From the NCBI GenBank assembly GCA_963666205.1, contig OY762654.1, forward strand, positions 864,001 through 928,000: a stretch of 64,000 bases of DNA, written 5' to 3'. The position numbers were made by a program, and so were the translations under genes. This DNA is from Synergistales bacterium (GTDB lineage Bacteria > Synergistota > Synergistia > Synergistales > JAFGMB01). The notes below the pieces were generated by a model. It made no database searches, was not told the DNA's origin, and saw only the letters and a program-made list of their open reading frames with translations. Shown here piece after piece: positions 47,434 to 57,639 of this stretch. Position 1 is the first letter of the stretch; every line of letters begins with the position of its first letter.

Positions 47434-48609
47434 GTGGAGAATCATATGGAAGATAAGAAGAAAACAGGCGGTTTTTCGTGGTTCATGGGTTCAAGCTGGT
47501 ACAAGAAATATCTTTTACCCGGTTTTATAGCTCAATCTGTAGTTGTAGCAGGAGGTTACGGAACAGGGAGAGAACTGGTCGAATACTTTGCCAATTACGG
47601 CCCCCTAGGCGGCCTTATGGGAATGTTCCTCATAACCATCGTTCTCTGGGCCCTGGTCTTCGGTGTCAGTTACGAATTTGCCAGGACCTTTCAGGCCTAT
47701 GACTACCGATCATTTTTCAAGGCTCTCCTGGGACCCGGATGGGTCCTGTATGAGATCTGCTACATCGTTCTACTCCTCCTGGTCCTTGGAGTTGTAGCAG
47801 CAACATCAGGAGCAATATTCCTGGAATCCTTCGGGATGCCCTTCATGGCAGGAGCAGGTCTTTTCCTGATAGGTATTGCAGTCCTTACCTACTGGGGAAC
47901 AAGTGCCCTGGAAGTTGTAATGTCCTGGTGGTCATACCTTCTTTACGCAGTTTTCCTGGCCTTTCTCCTTGTAGGCCTTTCAAAGGTCGGAGGTTCCATA
48001 TCCAGCACACTCAGCCTTGGCGAAGTAAAACCGGGATGGGCTATGGGCGGATTCAAATACGCCTTCTACAATCTTGGGACTTTCCCGGCCGTCCTTTTCA
48101 GCCTTAATTTCATAAAAAGCCGCAGGGAAGCTATTATTTCAGGTATCTGCACTGCCATTATTACCATGCTTCCCGGATTTTTCGTTTACCTTGTAACCAT
48201 AGGTTTCTACCCTGATATTTTATCGGTTGATGTCCCTTCATACTACATCCTCCGGGAGATCAGCCCCTGGCTTCTTCCGATCTTCCTTGTTGTCCTATTC
48301 GGCACAATGATAGAAACCGGAGCAGGATTTATCCACGCCGTAAATGAAAGGATCAATTCTGTCCTCGTCGAAAAAAATAACAGGGGACTTTCAAAAATGC
48401 AGAGGGGTATTCTTGGAGGTGTTATGGCATCCATGGGACTGGGCGTAGCTTCATACGGTCTTATTGGACTTATAGCAAAGGGCTATGGTACCATCAGCTG
48501 GGGTTTCTTTATCCTTCATGGTGTAGCCCTCTTTACAATTGGAATTTATAAAATGCATAAAAGGAAGACCTCACAAGAAAGTGAACCTGCCTATTCAACA
48601 GAAGGATAG
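47434..48609 (+). CDS. YkvI-like membrane protein (putative amino-acid transporter)
   Basis: About 10 TM; VAGGYGTGRELVEYF, YAFYN, GTMIETG, LIAKGYG. Confidence 0.8.
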   Translation: MENHMEDKKKTGGFSWFMGSSWYKKYLLPGFIAQSVVVAGGYGTGRELVEYFANYGPLGGLMGMFLITIVLWALVFGVSYEFARTFQAYDYRSFFKALLGPGWVLYEICYIVLLLLVLGVVAATSGAIFLESFGMPFMAGAGLFLIGIAVLTYWGTSALEVVMSWWSYLLYAVFLAFLLVGLSKVGGSISSTLSLGEVKPGWAMGGFKYAFYNLGTFPAVLFSLNFIKSRREAIISGICTAIITMLPGFFVYLVTIGFYPDILSVDVPSYYILREISPWLLPIFLVVLFGTMIETGAGFIHAVNERINSVLVEKNNRGLSKMQRGILGGVMASMGLGVASYGLIGLIAKGYGTISWGFFILHGVALFTIGIYKMHKRKTSQESEPAYSTEG

Positions 48610-48675
48610 ATGAACAAGGGTCAGGATGCAGGGAATCATTGAGGCATCCTGACCCTTTTCATACTTCAATAGGGA

Positions 48676-50076
48676 GTGATAATGGTGAAGTTCCAGGGAA
48701 TAGAGAAATATACGACGAAGAATATCAGAAAGAATCTCGAAACTGCTCTTATGGACGAAGAATACATCCCAAGGGGCTCTTCCATCAAGTATTATCCTCT
48801 TGCAGTGGAAAGAGCAGAAGGATCACTCGTCTGGGACAGGGACGGCAACAGGTATATTGATTTTCTCACCAGTGCAGCTGTCTATAATATCGGGCATTGC
48901 CATCCCCGGGTTGTAAAAGCTGTTAAGGATCAGGCAGACAAGGTATTCAACTACATAACAGGCTATTTCTACCAGGAAAATCCAGCCCGACTGGCAAAAC
49001 TGCTGTCGGAAATCACTCCAGGAAACTTTAAAAAAAAGGTAACCTTCGGTTTTTCAGGTTCGGATGCTAACGATTCAGCAATGAAGGCTGCCCGCGCCTA
49101 TACCGGGAAAAAATACATACTTTCCTTCAAGGAATCCTATCATGGAACCACCTATGGTTCTCTTGCCATTACCGGAATTATCGATGAAAGCACAAAAGAA
49201 TGTGTATATCCCCTCGATGGGGTGGGTTTTGTTGAATTCCCGGACCCCCTGAGAAATTCCTGGGGAATTGACGGGTACAGGGAACCCGAGATCCTTTCAG
49301 AAAAAGCACTTCAGGCGATCAGATCCAGGATCGACGAATTACAGGGAGACGTTGCAGGGATAATCCTTGAACCTATCCAGGGAGACTGTGGAGCTGTCAT
49401 TCCTCCGTCAGGCTTTATGAAGGACCTTAAACTTCTTTGTGAAGAAAAGGGGATCCTTTTCATTTCAGAGGAGATACAGTCCGGGATGGGAAGAACGGGA
49501 AAGATGTGGGCTATAGAACTTTTCGATGTGGAACCTGACATAATAGTTGCAGGAAAAGCTCTGGGCGGAGGATTACCCATATCGGCAGTAATAGGAAAAA
49601 CTGAAATAATGGACAGTGTCCCTCCCCCACTCTTCTGTTTTACTCACCTTGGACATGCACTGAATACAGGAGCGGCTATAGAGACAATAGGAGTTACTCT
49701 GGATGAGGATCTGATGCAGCAGGCCCTGGACAACGGAGAATATCTTAAAGCCGGATTTGATTCCATGGCCCAACGCTTCGACATCATAGGAGATATCAGA
49801 TACAGGGGACTGCTGTTTGGTGTTGATATTGTCAGAAAAGGGACAGAAAAAGACCCGGACAGGGATATCGCTCTAAAGATATGCTGGAGAGCCTGGGAAA
49901 AGGGTCTTATCATGATAACCTTCGGCAAACATGGGAACGTCCTCAGGATCGCACCTCCGCTGAATATAGGTAAGGACCTTCTTGATGAGGCCCTCAGGAT
50001 AATTGAAGAATCCATCGTTGACGTTCTGGATGGAAGGGTATCCGATGAAGCAATAAGATATTTGCAGGGCTGGTAG
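48676..50076 (+). CDS. Class III PLP aminotransferase-fold enzyme, Ile 2-epimerase/broad amino-acid racemase-like
   Basis: [47 protein letters not shown] (PLP Lys), LRIAPPL. Confidence 0.85.
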   Translation: MIMVKFQGIEKYTTKNIRKNLETALMDEEYIPRGSSIKYYPLAVERAEGSLVWDRDGNRYIDFLTSAAVYNIGHCHPRVVKAVKDQADKVFNYITGYFYQENPARLAKLLSEITPGNFKKKVTFGFSGSDANDSAMKAARAYTGKKYILSFKESYHGTTYGSLAITGIIDESTKECVYPLDGVGFVEFPDPLRNSWGIDGYREPEILSEKALQAIRSRIDELQGDVAGIILEPIQGDCGAVIPPSGFMKDLKLLCEEKGILFISEEIQSGMGRTGKMWAIELFDVEPDIIVAGKALGGGLPISAVIGKTEIMDSVPPPLFCFTHLGHALNTGAAIETIGVTLDEDLMQQALDNGEYLKAGFDSMAQRFDIIGDIRYRGLLFGVDIVRKGTEKDPDRDIALKICWRAWEKGLIMITFGKHGNVLRIAPPLNIGKDLLDEALRIIEESIVDVLDGRVSDEAIRYLQGW

Positions 50077-50160
50077 GTAAAAGATAGCCCGGAGACACTG
50101 TCATAAAACGATGTTTCCGGGCCTGAATAGTTTTATCCTGTAACTGCAGGAAACAAACCT

Positions 50161-50880
50161 TTATCTCGAAAAGCTTATAGCCTTCCTGGGGCAGGAATCT
50201 ATACAGTTTCCGCAGAATATACATTCCGGGTCGTACATTGATCCTTTCTGAACCATATCCATCACATCAATGCTCATGGGACAGTTTCTGCTGCATATCC
50301 CGCAATTCACGCATTTGTCTTTGTCTGCAGATAAACGCAGTACCGGCAGACCTGCTTTCCTTGAAATATTCCAGCCTACGACCATAAAAGGCGCAAGCAT
50401 GCATATATAATGACAGAAAGCTCTTTTCCCCAGAATAAATGAAAGACACAGAATAAAGCCCATAGCTCCATAGTAAAGGATATATGCAGAAGGATCGGCA
50501 AGGGATACCCCGAATCTTGTCCTGTAAAACAGATCAAGGGAAGTGAATCCTCCTGCCCCTGTAGCGAAAAGGACTAGCATAATCAACCAGGGAGCCCAGA
50601 TCAGGTATTTTATCCAGTTAAGCCTACCCCCCCTGGCAGGTGCATTATTAACATGAAATGCCCATTCCTGAAAGGCTCCTGCAGGACAGGCCCATCCGCA
50701 GAAAGCCCTGCCCTGGAAAAGAGAAAACAGAAAAAGAAAAAACAGAAAAACGAGACTACCTGTTACTATGCCTTTCTTTGCTCCCTGTATTATAAGAATT
50801 GGCGAAAGGTAGAACATTGTTACAGGGAGAAATAGAAAGGAAATAATAAGAATAGCTTTCCGGATCTCCTGCCGTTTCAT
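50161..50880 (-). CDS. Membrane-bound 4Fe-4S polyferredoxin (NapH/MauN-like)
   Basis: RAFCGWACP, RAFCHYIC, two CxxCxxCxxxCP motifs. Confidence 0.9.
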   Translation of the reverse strand: MKRQEIRKAILIISFLFLPVTMFYLSPILIIQGAKKGIVTGSLVFLFFLFLFSLFQGRAFCGWACPAGAFQEWAFHVNNAPARGGRLNWIKYLIWAPWLIMLVLFATGAGGFTSLDLFYRTRFGVSLADPSAYILYYGAMGFILCLSFILGKRAFCHYICMLAPFMVVGWNISRKAGLPVLRLSADKDKCVNCGICSRNCPMSIDVMDMVQKGSMYDPECIFCGNCIDSCPRKAISFSR

Positions 50881-51046
50881 ATGCTTTTCCTCCTGGTCTA
50901 ACCTGTCATTAATCAGGCAGTTCCTTAAATGTTAAGTTATTCCCGGATTATCCATTTTCGGTTATCTGGAATGATACAATATTTTCTTTCATGATAAACT
51001 TGGTTAGCCCAAATCACAATAACTTTTACGAAGGGACGGCATAGCA

Positions 51047-51505
51047 TTGGAATATTACAGAAATAAACAAAAAGGAAGAACTGCCCTCATGATACTCAGC
51101 TTTCCCATGACTGTTATCATTGTCCTTTTCACCAGAGGTGTTTCCAGGGGGCATCCTATTTCATCACTTTGGCAGATCCTTGCAGCGGGGCTTATCATGG
51201 GATTCTTCATGTTTCTTCTGAGCTGGATGGAAATCAGCGTGATCGATGACAGGATAGAGATTGTTCTGGGACCGGGATTATACCGGAAAAAACTTGATAT
51301 CAGGAACATACAGGAACTGACCGTGACCAGGATCCCATGGTACGCTACCGGGATTAAGAAAATCAGGAATGGATGGCTTGTAGGAGTTGATTCCTCTCCA
51401 GGAATACGCATAGAGTTTAAGGATGGGAAATGCCTGGTTCTTGGAACTGAGGATGTGGAAAGGCTTATGGCTGTACTCGAAGAAAGGATGGGATCCCTGG
51501 CATAA
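51047..51505 (+). CDS. Hypothetical membrane protein (2 TM plus soluble domain)
   Basis: Y...Q.G, two TM, W...GI, GT.D...L pattern. Confidence 0.7.
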   Translation: MEYYRNKQKGRTALMILSFPMTVIIVLFTRGVSRGHPISSLWQILAAGLIMGFFMFLLSWMEISVIDDRIEIVLGPGLYRKKLDIRNIQELTVTRIPWYATGIKKIRNGWLVGVDSSPGIRIEFKDGKCLVLGTEDVERLMAVLEERMGSLA

Positions 51506-51588
51506 ACCGGGGACATGTCCTTCATAAATCAGTCTTTTATAGAGTACAGCTAAAAAATATTTACCAGGGACAGGCGGAAAAGATTAAA

Positions 51589-52353
51589 CTAGCCAAAGTT
51601 TTTCCATGTAGTCCTGAGCCGGGCAAGTTCTTTTTTGTCAGACTCTCGGGATATCCTGTGGAGAAAGACCGGATCAGGAACCGATTCTGTCATGGCTGTC
51701 TGACACAGGACCCGATCTCCATAGAGAGCCTGATCCTGATAATTTATCTCGATCCTGTAAGGACGATAATACTGATATTTCCCCATCATATCCATATTTT
51801 TGCCCCACTGGGGAATGGTTTCGATAGCCCACTCCGGATAAATTGCGTTGTTTACGTGCCGATTTGCATCCAGATCATGGAGTCTGACTTTGAATGTGAT
51901 CTCTGATTCAGATTCCGTAAGAGATGGAATGTTCCGGAAATCGTCTCTTATTTCGTTTTCTCCTCTGAGTATTTCAATAAAGGGCGTCCTGTTCAGACGT
52001 ACAGGGTTACCCTTTGCAAGATCGACCATCAGCCAGCAAGTATTGGCTTCAAAGAGCATTTGCCCTTCCTCATCCCGGACTTCCAGCATCCTCAGTTCAT
52101 AGAGATTCCTCTGCATCCAGGGCCACGTACGAATACTAATGGTCTCTCCCTGGAGGGGATATCGGTTTATTTTCAATCCATATTTATAGAGGATCCATGC
52201 ATAACCATGACTTTGAAGCTGCCCGGCTGATATACCCAGACTCAGGGCATGCTCATCCGCTGCATCCTGAAGGTAGTGGAAAATATTGACAATTTTAATC
52301 CTCTGTGAGGCTCCACATTCAGAATATCTGATCTGATAATCTCTATAATACAT
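51589..52353 (-). CDS. Acyl-ACP thioesterase
   Basis: YLQDAA..H, DLDANRHVNNAIY.EW; GGAGG RBS before ATG 52353. Confidence 0.9.
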   Translation of the reverse strand: MYYRDYQIRYSECGASQRIKIVNIFHYLQDAADEHALSLGISAGQLQSHGYAWILYKYGLKINRYPLQGETISIRTWPWMQRNLYELRMLEVRDEEGQMLFEANTCWLMVDLAKGNPVRLNRTPFIEILRGENEIRDDFRNIPSLTESESEITFKVRLHDLDANRHVNNAIYPEWAIETIPQWGKNMDMMGKYQYYRPYRIEINYQDQALYGDRVLCQTAMTESVPDPVFLHRISRESDKKELARLRTTWKNFG

Positions 52354-52579
52354 ATTATTCCTCCATGAAAGAGATTTATACTTAAGAACATCCATATTAT
52401 TTTAGGGTCTGAAAAAAAGAAGACAACCCCTATATAATATCAGGACAATTTGGAATACTTTCAAAGGGAGGTTATACTACTCCATATCCATTTCTGATTC
52501 TGTTACATTCAGTAAAATTAGGGATAACGCTTTTCATAAAGCGGGAAATCATTAATATTGCATTGGGGAGGCAGATCCG

Positions 52580-54055
52580 ATGATGGGGAGAATTGAGGAT
52601 CATATTTACAAGACATTCATGGAAGGGCCAGAGGAAAAAACACTCTGGTGGAAAGGAGAATGGTGGAAGAGAAAAGATCTTGAGGAAGCTGTGGAATCAT
52701 GTTTAAAAAAACTCCTTGAAAGCGGTTTCAGGGAAGGATTCAGGATAGCCACTATGCTGCCTAACTGTCCACTGATATCCATCCTTTCCATTGCGGTCTG
52801 GAAGCTTGGCGGAACAATTGTTCCTCTGAACGCTAAAATGGGCCCGGAAATACTTCTAAACACCCTTCGCCTGGTAGAACCGGGCGCTGTGATTCTTTTT
52901 CCAGGAATGGAAGAGGCTGCAGCAGCCCTTGAAGCAAAGGGAATGACCACGGTTATAGCACCCCTGGAGGGACCCCTTCCTTCTTTCAAATGCCGGGAGT
53001 GTACACCGGAAGACAGGTCTCTGGCTGTAATATTTGCAACTTCCGGAACTTCGGGGATGCCAAAGGCAGTAATGCTTTCCCATTCCAATATTCTGGATAA
53101 CACCTTTGGTGTTTATAAAACCTTCAAACACTTTCGAAATGATGATAACGTGATCAATGTACTGCCTAATTTTCATGTCTTCGGCTACAACCTGTGTACC
53201 ATACTGCCCCTGGTGAATGGATTACGTCAGACCGTGGTTCCCACATTCATGCCCATATCCTCCACTCTTCAAGCCATGATAGAGGCTGAAGTTACTGTAA
53301 TAGCTGCCGTACCAACGATGTATTCACTTTTCATGGCAGTAATAGCAAAAGGACATCCAGTTCCAACTACCCTTCGATTCATGGTATCGGGAGGAGATAA
53401 GCTGGATCTCCGCATAGATGAAAGGGCAAAACAGCTTTTCGGAGTAGACCTCTTTGAAGGCTACGGACTTACAGAATGCTCCCCTATCGTTTCGGCCAAC
53501 TGGAGTTTGCAGGAGAAAAAGGCAGGATGGGTTGGTACTCTTCTACCTGGTTACGAAGCCCAGATAAGAGATATGGAGGGTAATGTCATAGATAACCAGG
53601 GGGAAGGAGTACTCTGGGTCAAGGGACCATCCGTTACGAAGGGTTATTTCCGAAGCCCTGAAATAACCCGGGAAAGAATGGTTGATGGCTGGTTCAATAC
53701 CGGTGATATAGCTACATTCGACAGTAAAGGCCTTCTCAGGATCCTGGACAGGGCTGGGGATATGATCATTGTTGGAGGGTTTAACGTGTATCCCCAGGAA
53801 GTGGAAATGGTCATAAAAGGTCATCCGGATGTCCAGGATGCGGGAGTTATAGGAATACGACATGGACTGAGTGGAGAATATGTAAAGGCCTTCGTTATTC
53901 CCAGAGAAGGGTCAGGCCTGGATGAACCGAGGGACATAATCAACTTCTGTAAAGGCAGACTTTCCCATTACAAGATCCCCCGAAAGGTCGACTTCGTAAA
54001 GGAACTTCCTTATTCAGGTATGGGAAAACTATTGCGGAGGGAACTCAGGGCATAA
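52580..54055 (+). CDS. Long-chain acyl-CoA synthetase (AMP-binding)
   Basis: TSGTSGMPK, EGYGLTE, TGD, GFNVYPQEVE, GKLLRR. Confidence 0.93.
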   Translation: MMGRIEDHIYKTFMEGPEEKTLWWKGEWWKRKDLEEAVESCLKKLLESGFREGFRIATMLPNCPLISILSIAVWKLGGTIVPLNAKMGPEILLNTLRLVEPGAVILFPGMEEAAAALEAKGMTTVIAPLEGPLPSFKCRECTPEDRSLAVIFATSGTSGMPKAVMLSHSNILDNTFGVYKTFKHFRNDDNVINVLPNFHVFGYNLCTILPLVNGLRQTVVPTFMPISSTLQAMIEAEVTVIAAVPTMYSLFMAVIAKGHPVPTTLRFMVSGGDKLDLRIDERAKQLFGVDLFEGYGLTECSPIVSANWSLQEKKAGWVGTLLPGYEAQIRDMEGNVIDNQGEGVLWVKGPSVTKGYFRSPEITRERMVDGWFNTGDIATFDSKGLLRILDRAGDMIIVGGFNVYPQEVEMVIKGHPDVQDAGVIGIRHGLSGEYVKAFVIPREGSGLDEPRDIINFCKGRLSHYKIPRKVDFVKELPYSGMGKLLRRELRA

Positions 54056-54283
54056 TTTCAAGCTGCAAGTATTCAATAATGCTTTCACCTTGACAGGCAA
54101 AGGCTGCGTGCTCCTATAATAGAACGCTGCCTTTGCCTGTTATAACGTACTGGAACAGACTTCTGAAATTGATATTCCTCACTTTCCTTTTCCGGATGGT
54201 CTTTCACTTGACTTTGGTTGACTATGTTAGCATAATGAATCAATATAGAAAGTCCCTTTAATCGGTAAAATGAGAAGAAATTC

Positions 54284-55309
54284 ATGGAAGGAGGGGAGCC
54301 TTTGATATACCGTTTCAAAAGGTTTTTTCTTATCTTCCTCATGCTCATCTTGATTCTGACTTTATTCAAACCTGCATATTCCGAACAGAAACCAGGCGAT
54401 CCGATACAGAAAACTGAAAACATCATTATAAGGCTGGAAAAAGAATATGGTCCCGGTATCATTCTGGGAGACCCTCTGGAAGTTGGTGAATACCGCATTA
54501 TACCTGTTACCAGAATAGAGGTCAGGGAAAAACTTCAGGGTCAGGGAAACTGGATATCGGCCCATAATGTGACGGAAGGTTCTATTCGCCCCATGGGTCT
54601 GGTTGTCCTTTCTCCAGAGGGATTCGAATTCATCCGTATTCATGAATCACTGCCAGGACAGATAGTGGAAAGACTCCCTTTGATCACACAATGGATAAAC
54701 AGTTCCATCTTCAGGAGAGGACCCTATGACCCCGGCGCAAAAATACCCTTCGATGAGATGATAGCTTCTGTGGCTTTGCTGGTTCCCGAAAAAGTATTCG
54801 GCCTTGGAATAGTCTCCTGGTGGGTTCAGAAACTGATCTTCGCATCTGCCTGGTATATTCTTGCCTTTATAACCACCCTTCTTTTTTCAGCACAGTCCGG
54901 TTTGATTGCTGAAAACATGATGCATAGACCTATTGCAAGCACATTTGCAGGAATTACAGGAACAATTACCATCATATTTTTCTGTGCAGTCATGACCGCA
55001 TCAATAATTGGAATACCCATATCGATTATCCTGGTAATCTTTTACCTCCTCGGATCCTTTCTGGGAAGAGTCGCAATGGGGGTCCTGCTGGGTTGGCTGG
55101 TCATCAGAGGGTTCAGATCAGGAAATACATCCTCATCATGGATACTCATTGGAGGAGCAATTATGGCTGTAATGAGGATGATTCCCAGGTTTGGTTGGAT
55201 TATATGGCTGGCCTTCGGTGTTCTGGGTTTTGGAGGAGTTCTTGTAACACTTATGAATCATAAAGTTATGGACCAGCTATCAAAGAATGGGAGGAGTGAG
55301 ACAGAATGA
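54284..55309 (+). CDS. GerW/YtfJ-like exported domain fused to a multi-TM domain
   Basis: Signal peptide, LGDPLEVGEYRIIPV..I..IRPMGLVVL, then about 6 TM. Confidence 0.65.
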   Translation: MEGGEPLIYRFKRFFLIFLMLILILTLFKPAYSEQKPGDPIQKTENIIIRLEKEYGPGIILGDPLEVGEYRIIPVTRIEVREKLQGQGNWISAHNVTEGSIRPMGLVVLSPEGFEFIRIHESLPGQIVERLPLITQWINSSIFRRGPYDPGAKIPFDEMIASVALLVPEKVFGLGIVSWWVQKLIFASAWYILAFITTLLFSAQSGLIAENMMHRPIASTFAGITGTITIIFFCAVMTASIIGIPISIILVIFYLLGSFLGRVAMGVLLGWLVIRGFRSGNTSSSWILIGGAIMAVMRMIPRFGWIIWLAFGVLGFGGVLVTLMNHKVMDQLSKNGRSETE

Positions 55310-55734
55310 GAAAGTCAATTATCATTTTATTTACCCTGCTTTTGATATCTCTGTTACCTTCTTTTACAATCGCCCAGGAAGGAGTACAGGGACATATCGA
55401 GCTTAGTAAGGCCATCGTTGAACAGATAGGAACTGTTCTGGATGCTGACAATGTTCTGGGAGAACCGGTAATTATTCAGGGTAAAACAATAATTCCCGTG
55501 GTTAGCATGGCCTTTGGCTTCGGGTCAGGCAGGGGAATGATGGAAATGCACACTGGATCTGGAGGCGGCGGCGGTGGAATTGTAATGCCCGTGAGTATGC
55601 TGGTCATTTCCCCCGATGGAGATATAACAGTTCTGGAAGCTCGGAAAAATCAGTTTACCGAGATAATAAAAGGGTTAAGCCTCGCCTATATGGAGATGAT
55701 TAAGGAAGAGCGGGAAACTGCTGACGGAGAATAA
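55306..55734 (+). CDS. GerW/YtfJ-family protein with signal peptide
   Basis: VLGEP....KTIIPVVSMAFGFGSG..GGGGGG...PVSMLVI. Confidence 0.85.
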   Translation: MRKSIIILFTLLLISLLPSFTIAQEGVQGHIELSKAIVEQIGTVLDADNVLGEPVIIQGKTIIPVVSMAFGFGSGRGMMEMHTGSGGGGGGIVMPVSMLVISPDGDITVLEARKNQFTEIIKGLSLAYMEMIKEERETADGE

Positions 55735-55741
55735 ATGATTA

Positions 55742-55780
55742 AAAAATAAAGAGAGGACAGTTTTTCCTCTCTTTATTTTT
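55742..55780. terminator. Bidirectional terminator
   Basis: AAAAATAAAGAGAGGA...TCCTCTCTTTATTTTT. Confidence 0.75.
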
Positions 55781-55787
55781 AATGGAC

Positions 55788-56255
55788 TCACAGGATCATG
55801 GCCTTGCTCTCTTCGAGGTATTTATTCCCCTTTTCCTGTTTAGCCTTTGCCCCCTTCAGCTTCTCTCCCCTGTTACCAACCTTGGCCCGGATATCAGGAC
55901 CCTGTTCATTCGGTTTAAAGATAACCTTTACCTGGGCAAGTTTGCCATGCCAGGAACCTTTCTTCGGAAGATCCACCTGAACGAAGAATCTCTGGGAATT
56001 CACATGAACCTTTACCTTGTCTCCCTTTCCATATTTTCCATTTAATCCGGAAAGATCGATATGGATATTAAGGATGGAACCCTGTGGAAGATCGGTCTCT
56101 CCTCTGATATGCAACTTGTGGCCCTTAACAGATATTTCGGTAAGTTTCAGATTTGAGAAAAAGTCAGCCCCTTGGGAAACAGAAGGTAAAATAAGGATGA
56201 CAAACAGAATGCTGAGGATAACCACCGGGAAAACACGTTGACTTACTCTTTTCAT
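55788..56255 (-). CDS. Hypothetical exported protein
   Basis: Signal peptide; GETDLP.G, VG..GEKL.G; AGGAGG RBS. Confidence 0.75.
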   Translation of the reverse strand: MKRVSQRVFPVVILSILFVILILPSVSQGADFFSNLKLTEISVKGHKLHIRGETDLPQGSILNIHIDLSGLNGKYGKGDKVKVHVNSQRFFVQVDLPKKGSWHGKLAQVKVIFKPNEQGPDIRAKVGNRGEKLKGAKAKQEKGNKYLEESKAMIL

Positions 56256-56444
56256 ACTTCTACCTCCTGGATAAGCAATTGGAAACTGTATCGAATCCAG
56301 CCTTTAAAGACCACCCTTATAATAACAGACTTCACTACCCGGATCTTCCCTAATGAAAATAGTTACGGGATCCTTAGAAACCCCGTAACTATTTTATCGT
56401 TTCTATGGCTTGCGGAACATATGATACAGTGTCAGGATGGAATT

Positions 56445-57245
56445 CTATTTATCTTTGTCCTTGCCTTTCCCATTACCGCCTTTATTGCCATTATCTCCAC
56501 CCTTGTTCCCATGATCTTCCTTTTCCTTATCTTTGCCAAGAGCTTTACCATTAACTGTCTTCAATGCTGACTGGGTTTTCAGAGTATTCATTTTGGGCGA
56601 TTTTTTATATTGGCCCCAGCTCACCTCTCCGTTAATCAGACCCTGGACTTCGGGTACACTTGTATTAATACCTTCCAGAATTCCAGCATAATCAATTTCT
56701 CCAGCCTTCAGCTGCCCTTTAACCTGGTCCCATAAACTCATGGTGTCTGTAACTACTGACTCGACATCAACGGTTTCATATACAGGATTACCGTCTGAAT
56801 CTTTTACAGTATTACCATCCGCATCTTTTTTCTCGACTTCTACCTGTTCTGTAACTGTTCTCTCCACTTCAACTGTCTTGTTAAATATTTCTTCCTGAAG
56901 TTTACGGCTGGCAGGAACATGATTGTAATGAGCCCAAGCTATGAATGCATGTCTTTCAGCAAGGTCCTCCATTTTTGCCGGATCGGGAAGATCCTCAGCC
57001 TCTTCAGTTTCTTCAGTTTCTTCAGTTACTACGGGATCTACAGGATCAGTCGTAACTGCTTCTTCCTCTGTGTTTGCAAGTTCGAGGGCCATCATTGCTA
57101 TATCCAGCTGATTCTGGACATTCTGAGGTAATGCATCATTCACCGTATCAGTTACTTCAGCTTCAACCGCCATTACACAACCTGCAGTAAGAGTTAACAA
57201 AAGAAATCCCATGAGCAAACAGATCGACTTCTTCACTTTATCCAC
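56445..57245 (-). CDS. Exported acidic protein with Gly/Lys/Asn-rich low-complexity tail
   Basis: Signal peptide; (TEE)3 from a 9-bp tandem repeat at 57001-57027; tail GKALGKDKEKEDHGNKGGDNGNKGGNGKGKDKDK. Confidence 0.8.
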   Translation of the reverse strand: MDKVKKSICLLMGFLLLTLTAGCVMAVEAEVTDTVNDALPQNVQNQLDIAMMALELANTEEEAVTTDPVDPVVTEETEETEEAEDLPDPAKMEDLAERHAFIAWAHYNHVPASRKLQEEIFNKTVEVERTVTEQVEVEKKDADGNTVKDSDGNPVYETVDVESVVTDTMSLWDQVKGQLKAGEIDYAGILEGINTSVPEVQGLINGEVSWGQYKKSPKMNTLKTQSALKTVNGKALGKDKEKEDHGNKGGDNGNKGGNGKGKDKDK

Positions 57246-57304
57246 CCCTTAAATAAAAAAATGTACCACGGGCGGAAGCCATAGGTACATAAGGAACAAG
57301 TCCT

Positions 57305-57390
57305 GTAAGGCAACCCGGCTGTCATAACCATAAGGCTTTAGACCCGCAGCTTTGCGTCACCGCCTTTCGGCGGTTTTGCCAAATTCTTTT
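57305..57390 (-). ncRNA. Cyclic di-GMP-I (GEMM-I) riboswitch
   Basis: Minus strand G-GCAAAACCGCC-GAAA-GGCGGTGACGCAAAGCTGCGGGTCTAAAGCC..GGTTATGACAGCCGGGTTGCC: GNRA loop and receptor intact; TTGACA at 57423-57428. Confidence 0.93.
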
Positions 57391-57639
57391 CTGACACAAG
57401 ATTAACGCCAGACTATCTCTTTTGTCAAGGACAATCATATTAGACTGACCAGGTATTGTGTTTTGAGTATGACATGGTATCATGTTAAAGGAGAGAATAA
57501 GATATTGTCCAGTATACCATCAGTTCCCTGTAAACTCTCTTCTCAGACATCTTGACTATAGAATACCTTCAGAATTATTCTCAAAGACTTCATCCCGGTA
57601 TTTTCTTCCTCCTCTCCATCAGCTGGAGGAGGTGCTGTA

